Source of the DNA: Escherichia coli
Lineage (GTDB): Bacteria; Pseudomonadota; Gammaproteobacteria; Enterobacterales; Enterobacteriaceae
Reading direction: 5' to 3' (one strand)
Assembly: GCF_050920415.1 (NCBI RefSeq)
Contig: NZ_CP169309.1
Length of the DNA stretch: 64,000 nucleotides
The notes under the pieces are model-generated. The model made no database searches. It had not been told where the DNA came from and was given only the letters and a program-made list of their open reading frames with translations. Shown in pieces: positions 10,356 to 21,947 of the stretch; position 1 is the first letter of the stretch; each line of letters begins with the position of its first letter. Both the position numbers and the translations under genes were made by a program.

Positions 10356-12446
10356 TTACTCAATGCGTACAAAAAGACCGATATAGCCACGCGTTGTATC
10401 GTGACTAATGCGGGTCCCCGAAAGCGCCGTGTAACGACCGGGGAAGTTGTATTCACCAGCACCGCCAATCACAACCTGCGGTGAGGATGCGTATGTCCCT
10501 GTATCGCTAACCCGTGCACTCATAGCCAGAGGGCCAAGACGGGAACCCGGCACAATATCACCGAGCCCCAGAGACGCATCTGCACCAAAACTCTCCCCCT
10601 GATATGCCGCCATAATCGGCACACCAACGGCCGGGTATTTATAATATGAGCCTGAGCCCGCCATCCTGGACAGCAGGTACGCCAGTGAATCTCCGTCGTA
10701 TACAACTACCCGCGATGACATGTTCCAGCTGTTATCGCTGTCGTTGTACCGGTACTGCATATAGTGAATACAGTGTTCACCCTGATAATACTGGTTGTAG
10801 CACATCAGGGTTTTAAATTTGCGGACTGTGTCGGATTCACTGTTGGCGTACGGTGACCACATCACATCAATAATGCCGTTAAATTGCGTGGTACCGGTAA
10901 GCAGTTGCGAGGAGTCTGTAATACTGACCGCATACCGCCCCGGCGTGACTTTCTTCAACCACTCAACGAAATCAGACAGCCCCTCAAACGCCAGAGCGTC
11001 AGTGCTGGTGAATGCCTGTCCAAACCCATACATCCCGGACAGGGCCAGCCTGCCCGGTGTGCGGTCACGGATATCACTCTGGGGTTCCATCGTCGCAGCC
11101 GCGTTCAGCTCAAGCTCCGTGCGCATGGCTTCAGCCGTGTCATGCGCCAGTAATGCGCGGCCCTTCTCTGACAGCAGAGACAGTGAGGCATTCCCGTCTG
11201 TATTGAAGTACAGAAGATTATCTGCCCGTTGCGTCAGTGCGCTGATTGCCGTTAAGACGTCATTAAGCGGTTGTTTGCCTGCCAGCGCGTTTGTGATTGT
11301 CGTCGCAAAGTTCGGGTCATTGCCCAGCGCCGCAGCCAGTTCGTTCAGGGTGTCCAGAACTTCCGGTGACGAATCAACCAGCGCAGCAAGCAGTTTGCGC
11401 ACAAACGCCGCGTTCGCTGCTTCCAGACCGGCGGCATCATCCTGTGGGGTTGGGGTGGTTGGGGTGCCGGTGAAGGCCGGGCTGTCCAGTGGCGCTTTTG
11501 TTTTCGTCTCCTCCATGACGGTTTTGACAGCCTTTGGCGTGGCAGCCAGTTCCTCGCTGTCGTTATCCGTGTCACTACAGAGTTGCACCAGACCTTTTTC
11601 TGTCGTGGAGGCATTTGTTGCATTCAGGTCATCAACTATCTGCTGCGTCTCATCCCTGTACTGTTTCGCTTCCTGCGCATTGTCTGCACCTGCATCCTGG
11701 CTGGCTTTAGCCTGTCGGGCGTATTCGGCGGCACTGTTTTTGTGCCCCAGCGCCGCATTTGCCGACAGTTCTGAACTGGTCGCTGCTGATGATGCGGCAT
11801 TATGATAAAGGCGGGCGCGTTCGGCGGCATCGACTGATTCGTCCCGCGCTGTGCCTGATGACTGTGCGCTGTTTTCTGCCTCACCCGCAAAACGTTCCGC
11901 ATCATCACGGGCCGTTGCGGTTGTCGTCACATCCTGTGCCGTCTGCTGTGCGTTTCCGGCTGCAGCTTCGGCGCTCTGCTGTGTCTGATTTTTTAGCTCT
12001 TCTGCCTCATCCTTACTAACCGCCGCAGATGTTGCTGCATTGATTGCATCATCAGCAGCTGTTTCTGCTCTCTCCCTGTCACTGACCACCTGCTCAGACA
12101 AGCGAACAACGGTATTTACCATTTCCTCAAAACGCTTCATTACCTCAGGGCGTAAATCACCCTCCTTTGGTGCATCCAGAAAAGCATTCAGCGTATCCGG
12201 CTCATCTGTCGGTGCAACATAAATTTCCCCCGCCTTTACAGGAGGATGCCCTGAGCGGGACAAAAATACATCATAAAATCCCGGCTCAGCATTAATAGTA
12301 TACCCGCCATCACTTCCCGTAAGACAGGTTGCCACAATATTAACCACAACTGTCGGACTGGTTCTTCTGGCTCGCAATTCAATCGCACAGTTTACGACAG
12401 GCTCACCTGCTCCGTCCTTCAGGACACCTGAAATCTTTACTGCCAT
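10356..12446 (-). CDS. stf: Side tail fibre protein
   Basis: N-terminus MAVKISGVLKDGAGEPV like lambda Stf, Ala/Ser-rich repeats, conserved ATPKAVK...KAPLDSPA collar motif. Confidence 0.85.
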   Translation of the reverse strand: MAVKISGVLKDGAGEPVVNCAIELRARRTSPTVVVNIVATCLTGSDGGYTINAEPGFYDVFLSRSGHPPVKAGEIYVAPTDEPDTLNAFLDAPKEGDLRPEVMKRFEEMVNTVVRLSEQVVSDRERAETAADDAINAATSAAVSKDEAEELKNQTQQSAEAAAGNAQQTAQDVTTTATARDDAERFAGEAENSAQSSGTARDESVDAAERARLYHNAASSAATSSELSANAALGHKNSAAEYARQAKASQDAGADNAQEAKQYRDETQQIVDDLNATNASTTEKGLVQLCSDTDNDSEELAATPKAVKTVMEETKTKAPLDSPAFTGTPTTPTPQDDAAGLEAANAAFVRKLLAALVDSSPEVLDTLNELAAALGNDPNFATTITNALAGKQPLNDVLTAISALTQRADNLLYFNTDGNASLSLLSEKGRALLAHDTAEAMRTELELNAAATMEPQSDIRDRTPGRLALSGMYGFGQAFTSTDALAFEGLSDFVEWLKKVTPGRYAVSITDSSQLLTGTTQFNGIIDVMWSPYANSESDTVRKFKTLMCYNQYYQGEHCIHYMQYRYNDSDNSWNMSSRVVVYDGDSLAYLLSRMAGSGSYYKYPAVGVPIMAAYQGESFGADASLGLGDIVPGSRLGPLAMSARVSDTGTYASSPQVVIGGAGEYNFPGRYTALSGTRISHDTTRGYIGLFVRIE

Positions 12447-12511
12447 ATTCACCCCACAAAAAAGCCCGCCTGAACCCGGCGGGCTGTCATAACACTGTGT
12501 TACCTGGCTAA

Positions 12512-13111
12512 TCAGAACTTATAACCGACACCCACGATGAAACCGTCAGTGCGCCAGTCGCCACTGCCGGAGCCTTCATAAGCAATATCAATAGCCACGG
12601 ATTCGGTCGGGTTAAACTGCACGCCAGCTCCCCACGCCAGAGACGTGTTGCTGTGGCGACCGTCATCACTTCCGGTCAGCACATCGTGCGTTTTCCCCTT
12701 ATTGTCAGTTACGCGGAGATAATCCCCGGAGAAAGTCGACACACGGCTGTAAGCCACACCCGCCATCGCATACGCGCTGAACCATTCATTCACGCGCACA
12801 GACGGCCCCGCCATTACGCTGAACCAGCGGTTACGAACGGAATCTTCATGCCAGCGGGTATCGCTGTAACGGGTCAGCTGGCGATTCTTGTCTCCTGCAT
12901 AGCTGAATGACGTCACCATACCCAGTGTGTCCGTAAACTCATAACGGTATTTCACGTTAATCCCGTTCAGATCATCGCTGCCGGGAACGTTCGTCGAGAC
13001 ATGAAGATACCCCGCGCTCAGCGTGGACTGATGTTCAGACGCCCATGCAGGCGCACCGGATAAGGCCAGACAAATGGCTGCGGACAAAATGGCGGCATAA
13101 AGTTTACGCAT
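12512..13111 (-). CDS. lom: Lom-like outer-membrane protein (Ail/Lom/OmpX family)
   Basis: Signal peptide and beta-barrel sequence ending ...GFIVGVGYKF; position after J as in lambda. Confidence 0.85.
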   Translation of the reverse strand: MRKLYAAILSAAICLALSGAPAWASEHQSTLSAGYLHVSTNVPGSDDLNGINVKYRYEFTDTLGMVTSFSYAGDKNRQLTRYSDTRWHEDSVRNRWFSVMAGPSVRVNEWFSAYAMAGVAYSRVSTFSGDYLRVTDNKGKTHDVLTGSDDGRHSNTSLAWGAGVQFNPTESVAIDIAYEGSGSGDWRTDGFIVGVGYKF

Positions 13112-13177
13112 AATTACCTCTCGCTTTTCTGCAATAAAAAAGGCGTCATTTCTGACGCCCGTTATGGGTTATAAAAT

Positions 13178-16100
13178 TCAGCTGATACTGATACCTGCTG
13201 TGGATTTCTTCATCACCACAACCAGCAGATCGCTGATACTGGTTGTTGGTGTCCAGTTATTCGCTCCTGATGAAGATACGGTGAATGTCAGTGTCAGCGT
13301 CCCCTGTCCGGCAGGCATATCTATAACTGAGGAAAATACGCCCTGAGCATCCGTCGTGGACTGATTAAAAATCTCCTGACCATTGCGGGTCACTCTTAAC
13401 CGGCAGGTTGAATACCAGTATGACTGTTGGTTATTACTGTTGAAATTCTCATGCTTACCACCACGGAACAACACTGGCGGTATCATGACCTGCCGGTCAA
13501 ATTTCTGATCATCACTGATTCTTACCGTGATGGTGCCACTGGCATAACTGTTCGTGCGGGGGAAAGACTTGCTGACCGTTTTGACAATATCGCCTTCAAT
13601 CTGGTTGGCTGACAGTTTCCCCTTAATCTGACAGTTCTCATTTATCGTGACGTTGTTGAGCGTCCCGGAGTTCGCATTCACGTTACCGCTGATATCGGCA
13701 TTTTTAGCGGTCAGCTTTCCGTCCGGTGTCAGGGAAAATGCAGGAGGATTACCGCCGCTGGTAATGGTGGGAGCCGTCAGATATTTCAGGAACACTTCAT
13801 TCATGAATATCTGATCACCCTGACCAACAAACATCGGTTTTGTGTTGCCATTTGCAGGATTAATCATCGCAATCCTGTCTGCCGCCAGCAGCACCTGACT
13901 CTGCATGCCGTCGGGGGTGTTCTCAATACCGGCACCGATACCCGCAATATAAAGGCGACCATCCTGCATCTGCTGCAGTTTCACGGCCCACATACTGTTC
14001 AGGTTATTACTGGTGTCCGTCTGAACCTTTTGTATCTGCTGGATGGTGGCCTCCTGATCTCCCAGCTTCTGGTCCGTTGTCGTCATGATTTCACTGCTTT
14101 TTTGATCCACATACTGGCGAACCTGCGCTATCTGGCGTGCATTCTCCTCATTACTCTGACTGACCGTCTGCGTGAGTTCGCTGCTGACGTTATCCACTCT
14201 CTGGCTCACCTGTGATATACCCAGTGACAGCTCATCATTTTTTTTCGCAACCAGCTGTGTGAGGCTGTTTTCTGTCTCCCCGATTTTTTGGGTCACTTCA
14301 GCAATATCACTCTCTATCTGCTGATTGATCTCATCCTCCAGTTGCTCAACTTCACTGCGCAATGCCGAGGCATTAATACGATCGTTCAGCTCCTGCCCCA
14401 GCAGGGTGCTGTTTATTTTCCCTTCAAAAAAATTGAGATACACCTCAGCATCATTAACCGGCTGGCCAACAGCTTCCACAAACGCTGATTTACCGACGAT
14501 GTTCACACTGCGGATATAAAAGTAATAATCATGGCCCGGCCTGATATTAATACTGGCAGCTGTCCAGTACATCGCCGTACCAAGATAGCGGGCTGTGGTT
14601 TCAACCTGCCGGATATCCGTAATCTGATTTTCCGAGAACCAGAACTCAAACTGCACCGTCGGGTCATACACCGCAAGACGCGGGACTGCCGTTATCTGAA
14701 AATACCCCGGTATCAGTTCAATCTGTGACGGCGCTGCCGGGGCGTTAATCCGGAATGAGGTGGTGGCGGGTTCCCCCTGCTGGCCATAACTGTTTATCGC
14801 CCGCACCGTCAGGGTGTATTCCCCCAGTGGCAGACCACTGAAACGGTGCGCCGTGTCTGCAGTGATGGCGTTGGTCACCAGACGGCTGTCTTCACCGCTT
14901 CCACGGTTCAGGCGCAGACTGAAGCGCACACCCTTCACCACCCGCGGCGTGTCCCATTTCGCCTGCGCCAGATACTGGCCATCATCCGCGCTCACCTCCA
15001 CCGTGAGGTGCTGCACTGCCGGAGGAGTGACGCTGTTCAGGGAGCCGGACAGCGGCTCAAAGGTGGCCCCGTTATCCACAATGGCTTCTTTTTCCGGTAC
15101 GTGCTGCACCGCCGTGATGGCAAAGGTGCCGTCCGTGTTTTCCCGGATGGCCACACAGCGGAACAGGCGACGTCGAAGGCCGGGAATTTTCAGCCCCCAT
15201 ACCCCGTATGTCGCCACGCCATCAGGCAGGGCGCTGACCTGTATCCGGTCAGGAGCAGGCTGTGCCGTGATGTCCACACTCACCGGCTTACCGCTGCCAT
15301 TAATCAGGTTCACCGTGGCGGTACCGGTCTCCGGAAGCGTCACCTCCCGGTCCAGCGTCAGGGTGAGACTGGCGGCATCGATGTTCAGAATGCGCCCGCC
15401 GGTCAGGGTCCCGGCGTAGTCGTTATCACAGACTTCAATGATGTCACCGGGCGTGTGGCGCAGCCCCTGTGATCCGAGCGTGAAATCCACCGTCTGCGTT
15501 TCCAGCAGTTCGGTCTTTATCACCCACAGTCCGGCACGGTGAGCCTGACCGCGACTGGTACAGCCGAACGCATCCATCTTCAGCAGATTACGTCCGTAGC
15601 GCAGTATGGCTTCCGGGTCTTCCACCAGTTCAGTGGAGGTCTGCCAACCGTTCTGCGGGTCGGTGTAATTCACCTCCACCGCCGTGTGCCGGTCCTTCAG
15701 GGCGCTGAAGCTGTAGCGGAAGCCCACACCGTTATCATCCACCACCACATCGCTGTTGGTGTAGGGCCACACCACATCCGACGGGCGGTCCTGCACGAAC
15801 GTCAGCGTCTGCCCGTTCCATACCGGCATACAGCGCATCGCCGAGCAGAAATCACTGAGCACATCCCACGCCTTACGCTGTTGTGACAGGTACGCATTAA
15901 ACGTCATCCGCGGTTCGGTCCCCCCGAAGCCATCCGGCACCGGCTGGTCGCAGTACTGCGCAATGGCATACAGAGCCCATTTGTCCACGTCTGCGGCCCC
16001 CAGACGTTTCCCCATCCCGTAGCGCGGGTGGGTCAGCATGTCCCACAGGCACCAGGCCGGGTTGTTGCTCCAGGCCGGTTTCATACACCCGTCCCAGATA

Positions 16101-16873
16101 CCGCTGTAAGTACGTTTTTCCGGGTCATAGTTTGACGGCACCTGAATGATGCGACCGCGGATATGGTAGTTCACAGTTATCTGCTGACCGCCAAACTGCT
16201 CCGCATCCACCTGCAGGCCCACAATGGCCGTGTTCGGGTAGCACTGTTCCACATCGATGATTTCGGTGTATGACGACCACAGCGTTCTGTTCTGCAGCTG
16301 GTCCGTGGTGCTGTCAGCCGTCTCCCTGACCATCCGGATGTTAAAGGGGCGCTCAGGCAGATTATTCAGAATCACCGACGTCAGGTACTGCGAGGTGGTC
16401 TTACCGTTAATGGTGACATCCTTTTCCGTCACCCAGCTACCGTTACGCTGCAGCTGAATCAGCAGACGAACAGAAGCCGGATTACGGTCGCCCCTGGAGG
16501 TGGTCTCCACCAGTGACTGTACCCCGAAGGTGACCCGCAGGCGGTCAATGTTCGCGGACGTGATGGTACGCGTCACCGGCTTTGCCTTCGTCACTTCCAC
16601 ACCCAGCGCAGTTTCAGCCCCGGAGGACTCAAAACCTTCCGGCGGGGTCTGCTCCTGCTCCCCGGCGCGCCAGACGGCGGTCACACCGTGTATCACGGGA
16701 TTGCCGTCCGTGTCCGTCAGCGGGGTTTTATTCACCAGGATACTCTGCAGTCCCTTCACCGGGCCTTCTATCGGTCCCTCTCCAATCGCATCAATCACGC
16801 TCATCATCTGCGTGGACTTAAGATTGTCCTTTGCCTCAACTGGCGTGTGCGCCTTGCCGCCACCTTTTCCCAT
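13178..16873 (-). CDS. J: Tail tip / host specificity protein J
   Basis: Start [22 protein letters not shown] parallels lambda J; about 1231 aa; C-terminal region diverges from lambda. Confidence 0.9.
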   Translation of the reverse strand: MGKGGGKAHTPVEAKDNLKSTQMMSVIDAIGEGPIEGPVKGLQSILVNKTPLTDTDGNPVIHGVTAVWRAGEQEQTPPEGFESSGAETALGVEVTKAKPVTRTITSANIDRLRVTFGVQSLVETTSRGDRNPASVRLLIQLQRNGSWVTEKDVTINGKTTSQYLTSVILNNLPERPFNIRMVRETADSTTDQLQNRTLWSSYTEIIDVEQCYPNTAIVGLQVDAEQFGGQQITVNYHIRGRIIQVPSNYDPEKRTYSGIWDGCMKPAWSNNPAWCLWDMLTHPRYGMGKRLGAADVDKWALYAIAQYCDQPVPDGFGGTEPRMTFNAYLSQQRKAWDVLSDFCSAMRCMPVWNGQTLTFVQDRPSDVVWPYTNSDVVVDDNGVGFRYSFSALKDRHTAVEVNYTDPQNGWQTSTELVEDPEAILRYGRNLLKMDAFGCTSRGQAHRAGLWVIKTELLETQTVDFTLGSQGLRHTPGDIIEVCDNDYAGTLTGGRILNIDAASLTLTLDREVTLPETGTATVNLINGSGKPVSVDITAQPAPDRIQVSALPDGVATYGVWGLKIPGLRRRLFRCVAIRENTDGTFAITAVQHVPEKEAIVDNGATFEPLSGSLNSVTPPAVQHLTVEVSADDGQYLAQAKWDTPRVVKGVRFSLRLNRGSGEDSRLVTNAITADTAHRFSGLPLGEYTLTVRAINSYGQQGEPATTSFRINAPAAPSQIELIPGYFQITAVPRLAVYDPTVQFEFWFSENQITDIRQVETTARYLGTAMYWTAASINIRPGHDYYFYIRSVNIVGKSAFVEAVGQPVNDAEVYLNFFEGKINSTLLGQELNDRINASALRSEVEQLEDEINQQIESDIAEVTQKIGETENSLTQLVAKKNDELSLGISQVSQRVDNVSSELTQTVSQSNEENARQIAQVRQYVDQKSSEIMTTTDQKLGDQEATIQQIQKVQTDTSNNLNSMWAVKLQQMQDGRLYIAGIGAGIENTPDGMQSQVLLAADRIAMINPANGNTKPMFVGQGDQIFMNEVFLKYLTAPTITSGGNPPAFSLTPDGKLTAKNADISGNVNANSGTLNNVTINENCQIKGKLSANQIEGDIVKTVSKSFPRTNSYASGTITVRISDDQKFDRQVMIPPVLFRGGKHENFNSNNQQSYWYSTCRLRVTRNGQEIFNQSTTDAQGVFSSVIDMPAGQGTLTLTFTVSSSGANNWTPTTSISDLLVVVMKKSTAGISIS

Positions 16874-17116
16874 TGCCTCACCCTTTACTGTGATAACTGT
16901 TACGCACAAAAGAACAGGCCCCCCGGGGATGCCTGTATCATAATGACTGAATAAAAATTCTGAGTTTATTCACATTTCCGGAAACTGACGGTTGCAGGAA
17001 TAACTCCACATTTTTACAGTTCTTCAGCCTGATAAAGGCAATTGGTCAAAACTTAACTAATCAAGGTGACTATTCATTTCTCCCGTAATATTCGTGAGTA
17101 TTACGGGAGATTTTTT

Positions 17117-17761
17117 TTATCCTCTGCCGATAACCACCACTTTCCCGTCACCACCTTCATCACGGGTACTGATGTCCTGGGATATCCGTCGGGAACCAAC
17201 CAGCATTTCACCGTATGGCACCGGCACCGGATTACCCTGAGCAATCATATTGTCCAGCGAGGAAAAGTAGGTGTTCTGTCTGCCGTTATCCGTTGTCCGG
17301 TAATCCGGTGTTTTTGCCTTCGGGGCCAGCATCTGTGCCACCCCACCCAGCGCCATTGCAGTCCCCATGGCAAACATAATATTGCTGGCTGCAATACCGA
17401 TACCCGGCATCCAGATAGCTGCCGCAGCCAGCGCAACGCCAAGAACCGCCTGAAACACACCCCCACTTTTGGCTCCTTCAGTCCGGGGTACCAGATGAAT
17501 GACATCCCCCGGGCTCAGTGGCTCATGCAGTCGGGTCGATATCTGGTCCGGCGCAGTATCCTCACCGGCAATACGTACCCGGTACCAGCCTTCGGTCATC
17601 TGACGGCGGAATCCCGGCAGCTGCAGAGACAGCGCCCGGATGGCTTCCGCTGCCGTGTTCACATACAGGCTGAGGCGGCGGCCAAATCGTTGTAAATCCC
17701 CGTGAAGGCAGATGCGGACCAGTGGCGGTGATGCCAGACAGAATGCGTTCGTCGTTGCCAT
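17117..17761 (-). CDS. I: Tail assembly protein I
   Basis: MATTNAFCLASPPLVRICLHGDLQRFGRRLSLYV... lambda I-like. Confidence 0.85.
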   Translation of the reverse strand: MATTNAFCLASPPLVRICLHGDLQRFGRRLSLYVNTAAEAIRALSLQLPGFRRQMTEGWYRVRIAGEDTAPDQISTRLHEPLSPGDVIHLVPRTEGAKSGGVFQAVLGVALAAAAIWMPGIGIAASNIMFAMGTAMALGGVAQMLAPKAKTPDYRTTDNGRQNTYFSSLDNMIAQGNPVPVPYGEMLVGSRRISQDISTRDEGGDGKVVVIGRG

Positions 17762-18402
17762 TTTTCAGAATACCTCTCCCGTTTACTCAGTTGTTCAGGT
17801 ATATGGTGAAGCAGTTCACCGTTACCGCAGTAAATGGCGGCGTGATTGGCCACCGATGCGCCAAAGCAGCACAGCAGGATATCGCCCGGCTGTGCAGAGG
17901 GCAGGGGCACCCGGTAAAAGCCCGTGGCCTCCATATTGTCCAGGTACAGGTTCTGGCCGTTGCGCCACCACTCATCCTCGCGCGCAAAATCCGGCAGCGT
18001 TATCCCTGCCAGATGGTATGCATCCCGGAACAGGGTGTAACAGTCCGTCACACCATGTTCAAAGCGCCGTCCGGTCAGGTGCGGCACACAGCGGAACTTG
18101 TGAATCGCCCCCCGGCAGACCAGCCACCAGGACAGGGCACTTTTCACCTGCAGCCGCCGGTCCGCCTCGCTCAGCCAGGGCAGACCACCGGGATGACTGT
18201 GGACCAGTGCCACAATCTCCCCCTGCATCTCTGCCCGCAGCCAGTCCTCCGGTGCAATACGAAAATATGCCTCAGGCTCTGCGGAGGTATTCACGCAGGG
18301 AAGATACCTGTCTCCCTCCGGCGTTCTCACCACGAAGCCGCACGACTCCGCAGGCGCACACCGCCGGGCATGCGCCAGAATCGCTGATTCAGTCTGTGTC
18401 AT
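17659..18402 (-). CDS. K: Tail assembly protein K (NlpC/P60-like)
   Basis: MTQTESAILAHARRCAPAESCGFVV... lambda K-like; start trimmed inside ORF 17659..18663. Confidence 0.85.
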   Translation of the reverse strand: MTQTESAILAHARRCAPAESCGFVVRTPEGDRYLPCVNTSAEPEAYFRIAPEDWLRAEMQGEIVALVHSHPGGLPWLSEADRRLQVKSALSWWLVCRGAIHKFRCVPHLTGRRFEHGVTDCYTLFRDAYHLAGITLPDFAREDEWWRNGQNLYLDNMEATGFYRVPLPSAQPGDILLCCFGASVANHAAIYCGNGELLHHIPEQLSKRERYSEKWQRRTHSVWHHRHWSASAFTGIYNDLAAASACM

Positions 18403-18412
18403 AAAATGGGAT

Positions 18413-19111
18413 TTACTGCGAAAGTTTATTAATGGAAAGGAAACCGCCAAAATTAGCGACCATGCCGCGCATCTCACACCCGCGCATGCACTTGCTGCAT
18501 TTGTCCTTACGGATATCTGTGGTGGGTTTATCGAACTCATCCGCCACTGCCGGACCGTTATACCCGCATTCATCTCCCCGGTAATCCCACATACAGGTAT
18601 TCGCCAGCATAATGCGACCGGGAAACAACGCCCCGTCCGTCTCGGTCGGAGTGGCCAGCACAAACGAGGCCGTCATGGCCGTCAGCTCTGACATCTGCTC
18701 CACCACCCAGCGGTCGCTCAGCTCCTGCTCCGGGTCCGCCTCCGGATTGCCCGCAACGAAATTCACCGCATCCAGAAAACGCGCATACACCCGGCGGCGG
18801 ACCACCGTTGCCCCCACCAGACTCTGCAGGTCCTCCGCCATCCCGGTGACAAGGCCAAACAGATTGGACACCGTCAGCGACGGTCTGGCACTGCTGCCCT
18901 TCCCGTTCATCTCAAAGCCGCTGCCGTCAATCGGGTATGCCTGATATTCCCGCCCCTGCCAGGTCACCGGCTCCCCTTTTTCATTCAGCTCATTGCAGAA
19001 AAAATACCGCTCACCGCCCTGCACCGTCAGGTCGATTTCCCAGAGTACCACCCGCGGTGACTGCTCTGATTTAACCGACTCGTTAAGACTTTCTTCGTGG
19101 ATATCCTGCAT
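18413..19111 (-). CDS. L: Minor tail protein L
   Basis: 232 aa, lambda L-like sequence and order. Confidence 0.85.
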   Translation of the reverse strand: MQDIHEESLNESVKSEQSPRVVLWEIDLTVQGGERYFFCNELNEKGEPVTWQGREYQAYPIDGSGFEMNGKGSSARPSLTVSNLFGLVTGMAEDLQSLVGATVVRRRVYARFLDAVNFVAGNPEADPEQELSDRWVVEQMSELTAMTASFVLATPTETDGALFPGRIMLANTCMWDYRGDECGYNGPAVADEFDKPTTDIRKDKCSKCMRGCEMRGMVANFGGFLSINKLSQ

Positions 19112-19440
19112 CAGTTCACCACCTGCTTAAACTCCGCGCTGAACTCAACGCGCAACATCCCGACCCGCGCAGACCACCCGGCACAGGTCACCTTTATCTG
19201 CCGGTATGCATAAGGCGGTGTCCACAGAAACGCCTTCCAGCCACCGTGCTCTGCCAGGAACGCCTCCAGATGCCGGGCCTCCTCCCGGGTCACGGAAAGC
19301 ATCACCCTGTATGTTTTCAGGTCAGCATTCAGTCCCGCCGCCATGCGCTGCGAATACCCGTCACCAAAACGCACTTCACGCACCGATGACTGCGAGTTCA
19401 CCTCCATATCCGGCTTCACTTTCCAGTGAAATGTTTTCAT
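19111..19440 (-). CDS. M: Minor tail protein M
   Basis: 109 aa MKTFHWKVKPDMEVNSQSSVREVRFGDGYSQR... Confidence 0.85.
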   Translation of the reverse strand: MKTFHWKVKPDMEVNSQSSVREVRFGDGYSQRMAAGLNADLKTYRVMLSVTREEARHLEAFLAEHGGWKAFLWTPPYAYRQIKVTCAGWSARVGMLRVEFSAEFKQVVN

Positions 19441-21947
19441 CGCCCGCTCCCTGATAACATACCGCCATCACGTAACTGCAGCCGGAGCTCATCCTGCGCC
19501 CCCTTACGGGCCATGTCATACACCGCTTTCATCAGCTGCGGCCCCGCCTGTCCGTTGATACCGTCGTTCTGAATCACCACGTGATTGTTCTGATTAAAAT
19601 TAATGCCTTCCACCCGCCGCATCTGCGCCGGACTTCCGGCACCACCCACATAACCACCTTCCGCATAGCCATGCATCAGGCGGTACAGGTTGCCGACGCC
19701 AATCCGGCTGGTCGCCTCCTTCGTGAAGACAAACTCCCCGCGGTGAACAATCCCCGCAGGCTCGTATTTGCCGCCAGTACCTGTAAAACCACCACCGGCA
19801 AACCCAATGGCACTACCGATACTCCCGACAATCCCCACCATTGCCTGCTTAAGCAGAATTTCTGTCATCATGGACAGCACGGAGCGGGTGAAGCTGCGCC
19901 AGTTCTGTTCACTGCCGGTCAGCATCGCCGCCATATTCTGCGCAATACCATCAAAGGTCTGCGTGGCCGCGCTTTTAACCTGCGAAAAACTGTCCATGGC
20001 ACTTTCCGCCCACTCACCCCAGCCGGATTTCAGCCCGACCATCCAGCTTCCACGAAGCTGCTCCTCCGCAGACCAGGTGTTCTTCAGTGCAGATGTGGCC
20101 TTCGCCAGCGCATCCGGATTATCACCGTACACGTCACGAAGGCGCTGCTCTTCCGACTCCCGCTGCGCCTGACGGTCGGTGAGGCCGCGGGCTTTTGCGC
20201 TGATGGCGGCCTGCTTCGCGCTCTGCTGCTGTTCAAACCGCGCCGCCTGCTGTGCCAGCTCATTCAGCCGTTTCTGGTGTTCAACCTTGTCGCCCAGGTC
20301 AGCCAGCTGGCGTTTGTACTCCAGCGTCTCTTTCTCATGGGCCAGCAGCGATTTTTCCTGCCCGGATAACTGCCGTTTCGTGGCGGCCTCTTTCAGGACC
20401 GCATACTGATTTTCCGCTTTCCATAAATCACGGCGCTGCTGGCTGATTTTCTCATTCGCACCGGCATGCTTCTCCAGCGTCCTGAGCTCAGTTTCAAGCG
20501 CCAGCATGGCTGCATGCGCCCGGTCTTCCTGACGCTCCCCGGCTGACACTTTGACACCTGACGACTTCGGTTTTTTCAGCGTCGATTCATAATCCTTTTT
20601 CGCCGCCGCCATCAGCGTGTTGTAATCCGCCTGCAGGATTTTCCCGTCTTTCAGGGCATTATTCAGCTCTTCCTGCCGGTCAGTATATTTCTCCAGTGGC
20701 GTCAGCAGGCGCTCATACGCCTTCTGCGCCTCTCCGGTATACTTCAGCTGTGACGCCTCACGCTCAGCCCGGTCCCTTGCCACCAGTTCACCGGCTTTTT
20801 CCATATCCGACTGCAGCGTGGCTGCCGCCAGCCCCAGACGGGCATTTTCACGGTCATCCCATGCACCCTGAAGGTTGGCACGGAAAGAGGAGGTCTTTCC
20901 CCGGCGCTGACTCCGGCTCTGGTACCACTGCCATTTTTTATCCGCCTCATCAAATGCCTTCTGCGCACTGGCGAGCATATCCGCTGAGGATTCAGGACGA
21001 CCGATATCCAGGATGGCATCCCACATCAATTTGAATGCCTTCCCGGTTTTATCCGCCCAGGTTTCCAGCGTCCCCATGTTTTCTTTCAGGCGACGGGTCT
21101 GCTCATCAAAGCCTTTTGTGGCGATATCGTTCGCCGCCTGTAAGGCCCCTGCCTCATCACCCGAACGCTGCAGCTGCGTAACATACGCAATCTGCTCTGC
21201 CGTCACGTTACGGAACTGGCGCGCCATAGCCATCAGTCCCGACGTCGGGTCGGTGGTCAGCTTTCCAAAAGCCTCTGCAACCTTGTCCACTTCCACACCG
21301 GATGCAGAAGCAAAACGCGCCACACTCTGGTTGATGGCATCAAACTGTTCACCACCACGCACACCGGCATTCACCAGGGCTGCCAGTGACTCACTCGCCT
21401 GGTTAAACGTCAGCCCTGCTGCCTGTCCGGCTCTGGAGAGCGTCAGCATGCGAGCGGCAGTCAGTCCGGACTGATTACCGGAAAGAACCAGGGTTTTATT
21501 AAACGCTGAAAGCATGGAATCCCCCTGGTACCAGGCATACGCCAGCGCACCTGTCGCCACCGCCAGCGAGGTGACCCCGACCATCGGCAGGGTGATCGCA
21601 CCGGCAAGCCCCCTGAACATGGGGAGCATCCCGCCGAAGGCGTCCTTCACCTGACCGCCCTGTTGCAGCAGAATAAGCCAGGGATTCTGACCACCGGCAA
21701 GCTGCGTGGCGATATCCGTAAACTGTGCAGGCAGGGTACGCATGGCCGCTTTATACTGCCCGACGGAAATCCCGGCTTTTTGTGCAGCCAGCGCCTGACG
21801 GCTCAGGCCCTGTTCAACAGCACTGGCGGTTTTTCTGGCGTCGGTATCCAGTCCTGAAAAATGACGCCTTACCCGGCTTATCTGCTCATCGAAACGGACC
21901 GCATCCAGACTCAGGTCAATAACAAGATCACCAACCGGCTGGGACAT
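19437..21947 (-). CDS. H: Tail tape measure protein H
   Basis: 836 aa, coiled-coil rich, lambda H-like. Confidence 0.9.
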   Translation of the reverse strand: MSQPVGDLVIDLSLDAVRFDEQISRVRRHFSGLDTDARKTASAVEQGLSRQALAAQKAGISVGQYKAAMRTLPAQFTDIATQLAGGQNPWLILLQQGGQVKDAFGGMLPMFRGLAGAITLPMVGVTSLAVATGALAYAWYQGDSMLSAFNKTLVLSGNQSGLTAARMLTLSRAGQAAGLTFNQASESLAALVNAGVRGGEQFDAINQSVARFASASGVEVDKVAEAFGKLTTDPTSGLMAMARQFRNVTAEQIAYVTQLQRSGDEAGALQAANDIATKGFDEQTRRLKENMGTLETWADKTGKAFKLMWDAILDIGRPESSADMLASAQKAFDEADKKWQWYQSRSQRRGKTSSFRANLQGAWDDRENARLGLAAATLQSDMEKAGELVARDRAEREASQLKYTGEAQKAYERLLTPLEKYTDRQEELNNALKDGKILQADYNTLMAAAKKDYESTLKKPKSSGVKVSAGERQEDRAHAAMLALETELRTLEKHAGANEKISQQRRDLWKAENQYAVLKEAATKRQLSGQEKSLLAHEKETLEYKRQLADLGDKVEHQKRLNELAQQAARFEQQQSAKQAAISAKARGLTDRQAQRESEEQRLRDVYGDNPDALAKATSALKNTWSAEEQLRGSWMVGLKSGWGEWAESAMDSFSQVKSAATQTFDGIAQNMAAMLTGSEQNWRSFTRSVLSMMTEILLKQAMVGIVGSIGSAIGFAGGGFTGTGGKYEPAGIVHRGEFVFTKEATSRIGVGNLYRLMHGYAEGGYVGGAGSPAQMRRVEGINFNQNNHVVIQNDGINGQAGPQLMKAVYDMARKGAQDELRLQLRDGGMLSGSGR

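Noticed and set aside
10819-11805. Long antisense ORFs inside structural genes (for example 10819..11805 +, 14846..15472 +, 19581..20369 +, 25511..26221 +)
   Set aside because: They lie opposite well-supported lambda-like genes and are frame artefacts of GC-rich coding sequence.
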